Shown in pieces: positions 1 through 14,002 of a stretch of 64,000 nucleotides of DNA. The stretch comes from Dimorphilus gyrociliatus (taxonomy: Eukaryota > Animalia > Annelida): the NCBI GenBank assembly GCA_904063045.1, contig CAJFCJ010000013.1:124001-188000 (forward strand), written 5' to 3'. The first letter of the stretch is position 1. Every line of letters begins with the position of its first letter. The notes under the pieces were generated by a model, which saw only the letters and a list, made by a program, of their open reading frames with translations, searched no databases and was not told where the DNA came from. A program made the position numbers and the translations under genes.

Positions 1-2
1 CA

Positions 3-2752
<2,750 letters not shown>

Positions 2753-2874
2753 AACAAATATACAACTCATTAATATGCAAATTTTATTAATTTATTAATT
2801 TATTCCAAAAAAATAAAGAAAATAATAATGACTTTTAATTAAAATTATCGTTAAAAAAGTAATTATACCAATCG

Positions 2875-3339
2875 TTATTCTTTGATCGGAAATACTTTGT
2901 GAGATATAATAAATGGTAAAGGCCTATATCTTTTACCATTTTCTTTTGTCAAGCGTTTACCCTTCTTTACTACTGCTGATCTCTTCTTTTTATAATAGAC
3001 AAAATCAATCCTTAGCCATATCAATATTATCAAAGCGATGAACAGTATCAAACCGCAAGCGATAAAACCCTTCGACTCTGTATAGAAGATTGGAGAGGAC
3101 GATAGAAAAAATTGTTAAGAAAGTTTGAAATAAACAAAAATAGAAAAACAAAGTGACAAACTCGAATTACAAACCAAAAATATAACAAGAATCCTTTCCA
3201 GACCATTGTCCATTGTTACAAACTCTTTTAATTAATTCGCCAGTATAGCATTCATAAATCACTTTTTTTAATGTTAAATTTCCGCTTTCCTCCCTAACAA
3301 CCGAGTCTTCGATTGCCGGATAAGTTAGGCAAGACATAT
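2875..3339 (-). CDS. Small single-pass membrane protein with one Sushi/CCP domain. Exons 3339-3175 and 3077-2875; 5' exons unresolved (possible 33-nt exon near 3525-3557)
   Basis: Exon 3339-3175 reads MSCLTYPAIEDSVVREESGNLTLKKVIYECYTGELIKRVCNNGQWSGKDSCYIF (4 Cys, YxC, C..NGQWSG..C). A phase-1 GT-AG intron joins it to ESKGFIACGLILFIALIILIWLRIDFVYYKKKRSAVVKKGKR...PIKE* (hydrophobic helix, basic tail). Not in the ORF track. Confidence 0.75.
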
Positions 3340-4111
3340 CTAAATAATACTTTACTCTCTCTTTCTCTCTCTATCTATCTATCTATTTGTTTATCTATAT
3401 TTTCTCTTCTTCTCCTCCACCTCCTCTGTTTTTTCCGTCTTTGTTCTTGTTCTGTTTCTGTTTTCTCTGTTTTCTCTTTGTTCTTCCCCCTCCTTTTTTT
3501 ATTAGTTTCCTATCCTCTTCAACCGAATGTACACTGATTAATGATCATATTAGACGCTATGTAATGAAAATGACGCTATACAATTGGACAAATCTATAAA
3601 AGAATAGCTGAGTTCCTTTTGAAGGTTATTTTTGATATTGTCTATAATTTATAGATCGCTTCATTACTTATACATTTTGCGCATTTATTATATATACTAT
3701 CTATATTTATTTAATAATGACACAATCCCACCAATAGACCCTCTTCTTCTTCTTTCTTCTCTCTCATAGATTAAGAATGATATCATAAATATCATTAAGT
3801 AAAATGCGTGAAATAAACGCTAAAACAAACTTTTTACGCTTGTTCTATGTTCTTTTAACGTTCTTTTTAGATGAAAGTTTTTACAAGATTTTCTTTTATT
3901 ACTTGTATTATAAATTATTATTTGATATGATAGAATTTTTAGTTTTAGCCTTGTTAGTCATTTCAACAAGTTTATATCATATGCTTTTAAATATGGAAGG
4001 ACAGTTTTAACATAATCTGCCAGGGTAGTCGCCAATGGCAGCGTTATAAACATTAAATTGACAAGAACGATCGATCTTCGTTCGTAGCAGGTTTTTTTCT
4101 TTACTTGCTTG

Positions 4112-4114
<3 letters not shown>

Positions 4115-4150
<36 letters not shown>
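4115..4150. repeat. (TA)18 microsatellite; similar long (AT)n, (AG)n and (CT)n tracts lie near 32526, 33518, 34783, 35061, 37699, 37853 and 63316
   Basis: Directly visible dinucleotide runs. Confidence 0.9.
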
Positions 4151-4152
<2 letters not shown>

Positions 4153-4297
4153 TTGATAGATACTATATTATAACTACATAGAAAAAGAATTATTTCTATT
4201 ATTATGACTTCTATTATCGCTCTTATCGCAATTGCTTTTATCAAGTTATATTAAGAATGGAATGGTACTTTGATTCTTGATTTATGCCAGAGATATT

Positions 4298-5875
4298 ATG
4301 GATAAAAGTCATAAATTCAAGTTATTTTTACTTATCAACTTTGTTCAATCTATACATTGCCTAACTGACGGTTAAGTTACTTTGCTTTTTTTTTTCATTT
4401 TTTACCTAGCTAATTAATTTACATAAATGAATATTCATTATTGAAAAACCTCCACAATTGTATATTATAATCGTATTGTTTATAGTTAAACGTCTATGGC
4501 GACTGGGAAATGGAATTGTTGCATCAGAAAATCAAATAGAAGATTCCAATACAGTCTTCCTTTTACATAGAAACATTTCATTTCCTGGAATGTTGGTGTC
4601 GGTTACATCCTATTTTAAGAACTATAATAATTTTAGTATACAAGTAAGAAAGATTGGATTTTTCCTTATAATTGTTCATTTATCTTGTTCATTTCCCAAA
4701 GGTATGGAGTCTAAACGACAATAGTTTAAAGTATACTTTAAAACAGGAGAAGAATATTGCACCTCAGAAATCGAGGGATGTCGATACGGTATTGCAAGAT
4801 AATCTATCATCCTTAAATTTGTTTGATTGATCAAATTCCTTAAAAATAGATTGCTTTAGATTCAAATGATTGCTTAAAGATTGAAAAAGGAAATAGCCTA
4901 GCTATCCTTATTAAGGAGACTCCTAGCTCTATTGTTTATACTTATAATTTCTCAGCCCCGAATAGTTTAACATATTCCATTAAGGATAATTCTCCCTTAA
5001 TCCCTAACAAAACTGTTGAGTTTAAAAGGTTTATAATCCCTTTACAATTTTCTATCATATTTACTATGCAAGTTGGTAAGGTCCCAATACTTAAATTGAT
5101 TATTTAATTGCCAACTTCTTATACAGACCTCTTTCAGTTCCTAATTGGACAAGTTTCTCTTGCGACGACTTGAAGAATGAGGAGAGTACGTCGTCAGCAA
5201 CAACAACAACAGCATCTACAAAATTCCCTTTTAATCAGGAGACGACTGCCAGAATAAATTTAAAAGGAGACAAGGGCGAAAAGGGTGAAAGAGGTGTTAG
5301 GGGTAAACCCGGCGAAAAAGGCGATAAAGGTTCTAAGGTCTGTTTATTTATTTCTGTCTCTTCCAAATGAGAAACGACTTTACTTTCCTTTACTGCGATA
5401 GGGGGAAGAAGGTCTAACTGGTCAGCAAGGTATTAAAGGTGATAAAGGTGATAAGGGAGATAAAGGTGATAAAGGCGTTAAAGGTGATAGAGGTGATAAA
5501 GGAGATCGTGGAAAACCTGGAAAGAGAGGTGAAAGAGGTCCGCCAGGTCCGCAAGCTTCCCCACCCAATGTAACGAGTCCATTAGTCGATTCTGCTAAAT
5601 CGCAAACGAAACCCGAACATGATAATCTGGCAAAGAACTCGATTATAAGCCTTCTACTTGTTTGGCAAAGTTTATTAACAATTACTTTGATCGGTTATTG
5701 CTGTGTAACCATTTGTAGGAAAAAAGGATCAATAGGTTCAAGAGTTTGTCCGTCAACATCAGTTGCAGAAAGAAATTACTGTCAAGAAGATAATGGAAAA
5801 AGATTCCCTATCAGATGGAACGCTGGTATTCATTCCTTCAATAATTCCAAGGTCAAGGTAACATCTGATGCTTAA
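4298..5875 (+). CDS. Type I membrane collagen-like protein 1 (405 aa): signal peptide, ~150-aa unassigned domain, 25 Gly-X-Y triplets, TM helix, short tail. Exons 4298-4370, 4486-4643, 4702-4788, 4850-5075, 5138-5337, 5402-5875
   Basis: All introns are GT-AG with compatible phases (1218 nt). N-terminus MDKSHKFKLFLLINFVQSIHC; uninterrupted GDK/GEK/GDR-rich triplets; hydrophobic IISLLLVWQSLLTITLIGYCCVTIC followed by RKK. Confidence 0.8.
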
Positions 5876-7712
5876 TACTTGACTATATGAATCATCATTT
5901 TCCTCTAGCAGCTGACAATTAATAAATAAAAAATTACAAAAGCGTCTCTTTAATATTTTTTCTTATTCCAAAATAAATAGGCAGGGGGAAAGGGAAAGGG
6001 AAGAAAAGCTTCTCATTTCTTTTCCTTCGTCCTATATCTATAATAGAAGCCGTTTCAAGTTGCCTTTCTGATTTAATGTAATACCTTAAATAATAAACGA
6101 AAGAACAAAGTGTGGGGAAAAATACAACTGGGTCATTCGGAATTATTCAATTTCCTTAATTAAATTGCATCACTTAGAATGGTCCTTTAAAAAAAATCTC
6201 TCAACAGCAAAAAAAAAACAGGCAAATCGATGGATATATATGATATAGATAGAATATGAAATGAAAGGAAAATAGAGAGAAAGAGCAAGAGCGAGGGAGA
6301 AAGAGAGAGAAAGAGAGTTATTTGCATTTCCACGACAAAATGGATATAAAATAGAGTATTCTACAGATGATAGTAAAGCCTATTAGAATTGACTAGATTC
6401 TTTGTGATTCTCTAAAAACACTAAAGGGAAGCGTGATTTTGCATTTACGGAATTTTAGTTTTTCTTCTTTCTCTTCCTCCTTTTTTTTGCTTCATAATCT
6501 CTCTCTCTCTCTCTCTTCTTAAGCTGTATAAATATATGAATATACTATACATACGAAAGTCTATTTTTAGAAACAATTTATAAAAATTATACAAGCAATG
6601 CCCTCTATCGATTAGAAATATGAAGGGATATTTAATCATATCAGACGACTGGAAAGGGTTAAGCTTCTTGAGCCCCATTCTACTAGTATCTCAGGTGCCA
6701 AGAAATTAACAATATACTCATTACAGTTGTCGTTTGGCTTAATGAAAAGGGGTTGATACGTGTATTAGCTTTACCATAGTTGAGTATTATACTATATCGA
6801 GGACAATTACCATATAGAAATGATACAGCGTCATTATTTTATACAATACGCTCATCCAGGTTAACAAATGTGATTGTGATGAAAAACTTATTGTCTTAAA
6901 GGGCAACATAGTCTGAATAATAATTCGAGTCTCTTAGCTATTTCATCCATCTTCTGCAAACAAAAGTTATTTAACGGATGTTTTCATCTTTTCCTAATTT
7001 ATATGCTAACTTGTTATCATAAGCTTGTTAAATGAGTTTGTATAGTAAATATTCTTACTCTAATTGGAATGTGGGGCTTATTTGTAAAGAAGACAGTTAA
7101 AGAGAAACAATCTATATAAGATGTATAAACGCTGCTTCTGGCGAATGAAAAGAGAAAGACAGAATGAGCTTAAGTAAAACTGTAACAAATATCCATTATT
7201 AATATTCGTAAAGAGTTGAGTCAGCGTTGAAAGGGACACATTGCCGTTTTAATAGTATTTAGAGAAATGGAGGATCGTCAAAGAACATTCCCTTTTGAAA
7301 GGAAAAACTTTCAAACCCTTTAAAGGTTTTAATAAGGAATATTTTTGGTTTCTTATTTAAAACTTGTACATTTCGTCCTTCACCTTATCTCTTTTCCTCT
7401 TTCACCTCCCAAACCCCGCCCCCCCCCCCCTCTTATTCACAGAGTGCACACTAAACTCCCCAATAGAAAACAGCAGAATAGACATATAAAAACATCTAAT
7501 TTATCCTATAGATTTGTCTTATTAAAATGAAGGATTACTAATACCCATAGAAAAAAAAGACTAATGAAAACGTACACAAGTAATTATCATAGGCTGTTAA
7601 GTCGCTTATGATCATCATTCGATGCAGAGTGGCTTAATTGCTGTAATTATACATGCGCAAATTTTTTAGTCTATGACCTCTTCTACTATCATTTTTTTTT
7701 TTACTATTCTAA

Positions 7713-8727
7713 ATGATTTTCAAGTATATTCATCATGCTATCAGTATTCTTGTTTTTGCTTGTTTTATCTCATCTTCTTCTTCCTCAGGTAAAAATTCTC
7801 TTCAAGATCGTAAATCTATCCTATCAGCTTTTTATTGAAATTAAAATCTGAGAGACAGAGAGAGACAGAGAAAATTTCTAAATTAAAATTCATTTAAAAG
7901 GTTTTAAAGGAGAAAAGGGAGAAACTGGACTAAGAGGTGATTTTATTTTGTATTCTATTTGTAGAGCTATAATATCTAGGTCTAAACATGCTACATATCA
8001 ATCCTTTCCTAAGGTATTAAAGGTGTGAAAGGGCAGAAGGGAATGGATGGAGAACACGGTTTTAAGGGGGAAAAAGGAATGAAAGGAGACTATGGCGATA
8101 TCGGTCCACCAGGCTTACCAGGTATAATGGGAAGAAAAGGAGATGAAGGAAAAATGGGCCTGCGGGGTTTACCCGGAATTGAGGGAGAACTTGGTCTTCA
8201 AGGACCGATGGGAAAGAAAGGGGACAAAGGTAAATAGATTAATGAGCTTGAAATGTATTATTCATTATTTGAAGATGTTAGGCGATAGGGGTGAACATGG
8301 CTTAACTGGGCCTAGTGGAGAGAAAGGTCCGGCCGGCGCAAAAGGCTCTCAAGGTTTAGCTGGAAAAAAAGGCGCGAGAGGTTGGAAAGGTACGCCAGGT
8401 TCCAAAGGCGACAAGGGCAATTCTGGTCCAATAGGTCCAATGGGTCCAGTAGGTCCAATCGGACCTTCTAATCGTCCCGGTCAACGAGGTCCACCAGGAC
8501 CGCCTGGCAAATGTACTAATAAGAATCTTCATAAAATATTGATAATAAGCGCCGGAAGTTCACTAATAATGATCATTCTTTGGCTAACTATATTAACAAT
8601 ATACCTAATAAGTAAATCTCGTATGAAACGGGAAAAGAAGCGCGAGAAATCTCCTAGTTTGTACCTCGAAGCGACGACAAACCAATTAAATCATCAGTTG
8701 GAGTATATAAATGATAAAAATTTTTGA
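7713..8727 (+). CDS. Type I membrane collagen-like protein 2 (257 aa): signal peptide, ~53 Gly-X-Y triplets with one interruption, TM helix, cytoplasmic tail. Exons 7713-7788, 7901-7936, 8014-8229, 8282-8727
   Basis: Signal-like [25 protein letters not shown]. The internal collagen exons are 36 and 216 nt (multiples of 9) with phase-1 junctions inside Gly codons. [27 protein letters not shown] is followed by basic [13 protein letters not shown]. Confidence 0.85.
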
Positions 8728-9205
8728 TGAGTTTTACTTCCATCTATTGTTCTTTCCCTCTGTCTTTCTTTCGCCATCCGCCTTTTTTTCTTCTTACTCT
8801 CTCTCTCTCTCTCTCCGTATTATCTATTTTATTCATTTTTAATTGGTAATACAACTATTAATAAAATGCTATAAGAAATTATTCAAACACGAAGATAAAA
8901 GTGAGTTTTATTAAGCAAAAAGTTCCATTCTACAGAGTGTTCTTTCTAGTTAAAAAGTAGGAGTTAAATACGCCTTTTTAAGAACGTTAGATGGCGTTAA
9001 GTAGTTTACTACGAAATAACAATACACAGAGTTTTTATTGTACAATTCTTGGAAGTTTAGGAGTATGGTGTATAGGTAATGAGAGACAACGTAACTTCTA
9101 ATTATCCTTTGTCCAATATGAAGAAAAATGAGAGAAAATATCAGAAAAACAGCTTTATTTTGATATACCTTCAATGCACTGCATACGTAATTGTTTAGTA
9201 GTAAT

Positions 9206-10108
9206 CTATATAGATTTTCTGGCATCCATTGAGTAGTCGATTGGTCCAATATTACTGAAATCAGCAGGTTTTTGTTCTTCGTAGGGTGGCTTCGATCTCT
9301 GACTTCTACGATCAACTGGATTTGCGGTACGCGAATAGCCCAAACAAGTTGGAGAGTAGTCATTGTAAATTGCCGTATTTGGTGTAAACTGACCAAAATT
9401 TACACCCGAGTAGGAATAGCTAGAATTAGGATAAAAACTCGTGCTACTAGCGTTAGAGTTTGCCTGTCCATTGTATCTCATATGAGGATTGGACGATTGT
9501 CGATAAGTCTGTCTAAGATTCGGATTGACGTGCTTGTTGTACGAATACTGACAATAGCAAGTAGGAAAATAGCAACGAAAACTTGCGGGACTATTATCAG
9601 TAGACCTCATTGTTGTAGCAGATCTTGAATAGTCGGGTCCGTGACGAGATACGCGCTGTCTACGCGGGACCTTTTGAAAGAAAGATCTGTCTAATTGAAA
9701 CTGCGGAGGTGGTCGTTGTTGTTGCTGCTGCTGTTGTTGCTGCAAATGATGTGTAAACTGGAGCTGTTGTTGAGTAGGGGGAATTGAACTTTGATTCTTT
9801 GAATCTTGTTGCTTTAGAACGTACGACTTTGATTCCAGGAGGAGAGTCATAGTACAAACCTTTTCTTCTTCTTCCTTATGAAAAAAGGCCTCAGATTGGG
9901 TTTCTTTATTGAAAGAAACCACTTTAGAACTCTCTTCGACGGCTTTTACGCAATCAGGAGGTTGAGCGATTTTATCTAGCTTAGCGTTTTCCTTCTTTAG
10001 AAGAGCTTGACTCTTTAATAATATCTTTTTCATTTCGATTCTTTGGCCTCTCACAGGATGCAAATAAACAACGTAATACGAATACCTGCAACGACGCTCA
10101 GAGTTCAA
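9206..10108 (-). CDS. Unassigned Gln/Ser/Tyr-rich protein (orphan A); 5' end unresolved
   Basis: 300-codon open frame in AT-rich DNA with a poly-Q tract, a small Cys cluster (CYFPTCYC) and a C-terminal PIDYS motif. No family recognised. Confidence 0.6.
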   Translation of the reverse strand: MNSERRCRYSYYVVYLHPVRGQRIEMKKILLKSQALLKKENAKLDKIAQPPDCVKAVEESSKVVSFNKETQSEAFFHKEEEEKVCTMTLLLESKSYVLKQQDSKNQSSIPPTQQQLQFTHHLQQQQQQQQQRPPPQFQLDRSFFQKVPRRQRVSRHGPDYSRSATTMRSTDNSPASFRCYFPTCYCQYSYNKHVNPNLRQTYRQSSNPHMRYNGQANSNASSTSFYPNSSYSYSGVNFGQFTPNTAIYNDYSPTCLGYSRTANPVDRRSQRSKPPYEEQKPADFSNIGPIDYSMDARKSI

Positions 10109-10998
10109 ATGATGGCTCCTTGTGGCGAACAGAAGAGCAAATAAAATCTAATACTTTTCAAGCTAAGAAAATTAATTAATTTATTATGGCATAGCATTAA
10201 TAATAAGTAGTAATACTTTACCTACTGTTTGTCTCCGCGATCGGAACTAAGACAAAACGAATCGTTGATCTCATATAATTCTATCTCACTTTGTACCGCA
10301 TCCTTTCATTGTCTGCGCTATTCTTGTTACCTTTTCACAACGATACTTACCTTTTCCGGTATTATTCTCCCCACCTCCATTGATAATTTTAGAATGTTCT
10401 TCGTAGAGATCAAACGTTTATGTACAAGTTGAAAATTCTTCTCTTCTATAAATATATAAATTAGATGGAAATATCTCTAGTTTTTACCTATTGATCTTTT
10501 AACTTTCCTACCTCTTTATATAGAGATATTTTTGTTTATCTTCTTTATTTCTCCCCTTCCAAAGTCATAATACTTCATGCAGCTTGTTCATTTATAAACC
10601 AACCTAGAATATATTATAAAAACAGCAGTCGGTATGACTTAGTCGAATGCTCTAATTTCCATTTGTATACAAAATGTTACAACTTTATCTAATGTGCAAG
10701 GTATAAATCAAGCTCATTTAATTCCCCTAAGCTTTAACGGAGAATAAGCAATTGGTGTTGTGAAGATACACCAAAGCTGTATTCAAATAGATTGTAGAAT
10801 ATCCATGGAACGAGAAACTACTGTATTTATAGGATATTAAAATGTTTACGAAACAGTTTGCATAGATGATGATATCAATATAAAGTAAGCAAAATGATAC
10901 AAAAACGAATAAATTATATATATATATATGTATACTTATATAATAATTAAACTTATAAATTACTTTTCATTATCGAGTAGATAATGTTTTCAACAGAT

Positions 10999-12151
10999 TT
11001 ATAGCGCTAGCTTTAAGCCAGCCTTTTCCTTACGAATTTTCTTCTTCTCCTTCGCCGTCTTGTCTTCTACCTATTGACATAATAAAACTGTTAATTTTTT
11101 CTCTATAGATATTCAACTAAAACTGTCAAACCTTATTTACGTCAATGTTTTCTTTATCCAATACAAAACTACTTATTTTCTCCTGATCCTCAGTCTTTTC
11201 TATTGTTTTCGCCGCAATATCACCTTCAACTTTGTTATTATCTTCATTCAACTTTTCAAATTGGTTCTCGCCGCCATCTTTATTATAAGTTTTTTCCATA
11301 ATATTGTCGTTCTTCAAACGTCTTTGCCTTCTTTTACGCGCTTTAGTTGCTAACCTATTCTGTCCCACTTCGTTTGAATTAGTTGGACTTTGTTCCTCCT
11401 TCTTCGCAGCTGAATGGGAATTTTTATCACCTTTCGATCTAGCTTTTTCTTCCTTGAAAAAAGGCGCCAAAAGTCTTTTGACAATAATTCTTCGCAAACA
11501 TAACTTTTTCTCAGCATCAGGGTCAGGAGATGATTCAGCTTGGACTTCATTTTCTTTGGGCTTATCTTTTGTGGCATTATCTTCTTTGGCTTCAAGTTCC
11601 TTCTTCTCTCTGTCAGCTTCGCGCTTTTTTTTCTAATTTGGAGTATATTTTTGTTCATAACAAAACAAAAAAACCTTACCTACAATACTTACGTTTTCAA
11701 GCGACTTCAAATATTTTAGAAATCTTATACGCTCGTGGGCGGGATTGAATGGGCATTTTAAATCACCCTTATCAATTTTACACCGACGGCGTATACTTCT
11801 CAAAATGGCGTCATCAAACGGGCCTTTACCACCATCCTTTATTGTACAGCCCCCAAACTTCCTTACAACTTTTAGCTCATGCTCTTCCCCGTTGGAAGTT
11901 ATTTCCAAAACGATCTCCATCGCACAAGCAAAACGCTTGTCAGGAACTGTTTTAGAGAATTTCTTGTGGCACATAAGGTTGTTGGACGGTTTAGGAGGTA
12001 TTTCAGTGGGCGGCTGACAAGGAATGGATGGTAACTTTTCTTCTGAAGTGGATGTTTTAGTCTCAGGGACGAAATCTTTAGCAGGCGCGGACTCTTTATT
12101 TTTTATGGGAACTTCAAACCAACTTCCATCTTCGGGATTAAATTGTTCCAT
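10999..12151 (-). CDS. Unassigned Lys/Glu-rich protein (orphan B, ~343 aa). Exons 12151-11693, 11632-11132, 11070-10999; probable 5' UTR intron 12162-12217
   Basis: GT-AG introns of 60 and 61 nt join ORFs 11633-12151 and 11126-11497 in frame and add a terminal exon (VEDKTAKEKKKIRKEKAGLKLAL*). Confidence 0.7.
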
Positions 12152-13985
12152 AACTTTAAGCCTGTTGGTAAGACAACTGCTTTACAAGTTACTTAAGTGG
12201 AAAATAGTTCAACTTACGTCATTTTTGTCATGTTTGAAAGATAACTTTTTCTGGTAGCTCACGCACGTGTTGCACACTGTAAGGGAGATGTCGTAATGCT
12301 CTTTTACCGGTATATTCTACCGGAAGAGCCTCGTTTTGAAAAATACTGGCAAAAAAGTCAACTCTTCAATTTTATCAAATAAGTTTAAGCCTTCATAATG
12401 ATTAAAAAGTATAAATCAACCTACTTAACTAATCGCTTAAATCTGTTTTCTTAATAATTTCGTTTACGAAATAATTAATCTATGAGAAACCGATATGAAA
12501 CCTAGATCATTACTGATGAGCGATAAGACGCAGTCCGCAACTCTTTCACGTTGTAAGTATTATCTCTTTTTATTAAAGTTTATTTGATTTATATTTACAT
12601 TAAATAGCATAAATTTACATTACAATAAAATCTGACAAATTTATATAATATAATGTTTAACAAGCTCAGCGTGTGACTAAAGAAAAGTTCTCTCTAACAA
12701 ACGAGTGAATTAGGATAGAGTCGAAGTTTACATGATACTTCTTAGTATTTTATATTCTTGATGAATTTTTATATATTAGCAGATCAGATGTAAATAGCCA
12801 TAATCAAAACGACTAATTACTTTCTCATCTATATCTAGATAAGAATCATCACTTCTGCTTTGGATGAGGGATAGAGAGAGATAAGTGGGTTATGATCGGG
12901 TCGGATCAAATCGACATCTCTTACTGTTAAATGTAAGAAGAAGAGAGAAAGAATTTTCAAACGGTAACAAGTGTTCGCCAAGAAAGGCGACGTCAATCAA
13001 TTGCCAAATTCTGGCTTCATCAAGAAAAGTTGGGGTGGGTAAGGAGCAAACTAAAACTTCTTACGACGAACTGACACAGACAGAGAATTAACTCATGCTG
13101 GATTGTAGGTAAAAATGAATGATATACACTACAATCTGGTATTTAAGCACTTTACATTCGTAAACGAGGCTAGACGGTCACGTGCAGGACGGATCACCCG
13201 ATATTATTTTTTTTTGTATACTTTTAATAAAGATTTTTCCCGCCAATCTCCTGATCCTGGTGCCAAGTTTTCAGTTGACCTACAAAATTTCAAATCGAAA
13301 TCGAGACAAATGTGTTAAAATGAATGCATGCTTTATTAAATAATAAAATATTCAACTTTATATTATTATTAATTATATTAATTATTATTGATAATATATT
13401 ATTATAATGATAAGAATAATTAAAATTTCAAAATGTTCCACAGTCATACCAGTAGTAATCTGTTGAACGCCCACCCATGTTTAGAATATGAAGACATAAT
13501 CTCGACACTTCAAAGCTTATATGTTTTGACTCTATAGATCTTGTGAGCTTGTCAATTAAATTATTTAACATTTCAAAGAAACCCACCACAACAATAGTCA
13601 AAGCGTTAACCATTGTTCTGATGTTATAGGCATCAAATTAAGGTTACACAGTTGACCTTAAACCGTTCCTTTCTTCGTCGTCATTCATAACTTGTAGGCT
13701 TCATATTGACGCCTTTAGCTGGTCGTATTATAATTATTCACTTTCTAATGAAACTAGTTTCTCAATAAATTGTTCATATTCGAATTTTGGTTATTTTTCT
13801 TACGTTTATTAAAGAAATGTTAATGGAAAAAACACTTTCTTTAATTGTGAATGTGACAAGTTTTTGCTATGGAATATTGTATCTTTATCATAAGTGTCAT
13901 GATGTAATACCGTTTTTACTTAAAATATAAACTTTGGCTAAGAATTATTAAAAGTTTAATAATTTTATTTTTGGTTTAATTTTAA

Positions 13986-14002
13986 AAAATGGCGGCCATT
14001 TT
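13986..14002. promoter_or_regulatory. Palindromic double YY1-type motif AAAATGGC-G-GCCATTTT
   Basis: Perfect 8-bp inverted repeat with a 1-nt spacer; both halves match the AANATGGC core of the YY1/Pho consensus. Confidence 0.5.

Noticed and set aside
5900-7700. Exon-like fragments between the two collagen genes (e.g. minus-strand KMDEIAKRLELLFRLCCPLRQ*)
   Set aside because: Could not be assembled into a consistent gene on either strand.
13428-13790. Protein-like minus-strand frame with five in-frame stops upstream of ORF 13428-13613 (pseudogene or stop-codon reassignment?)
   Set aside because: Five stops in 59 codons is about what AT-rich random DNA gives, and the conserved genes in the window use the standard code.
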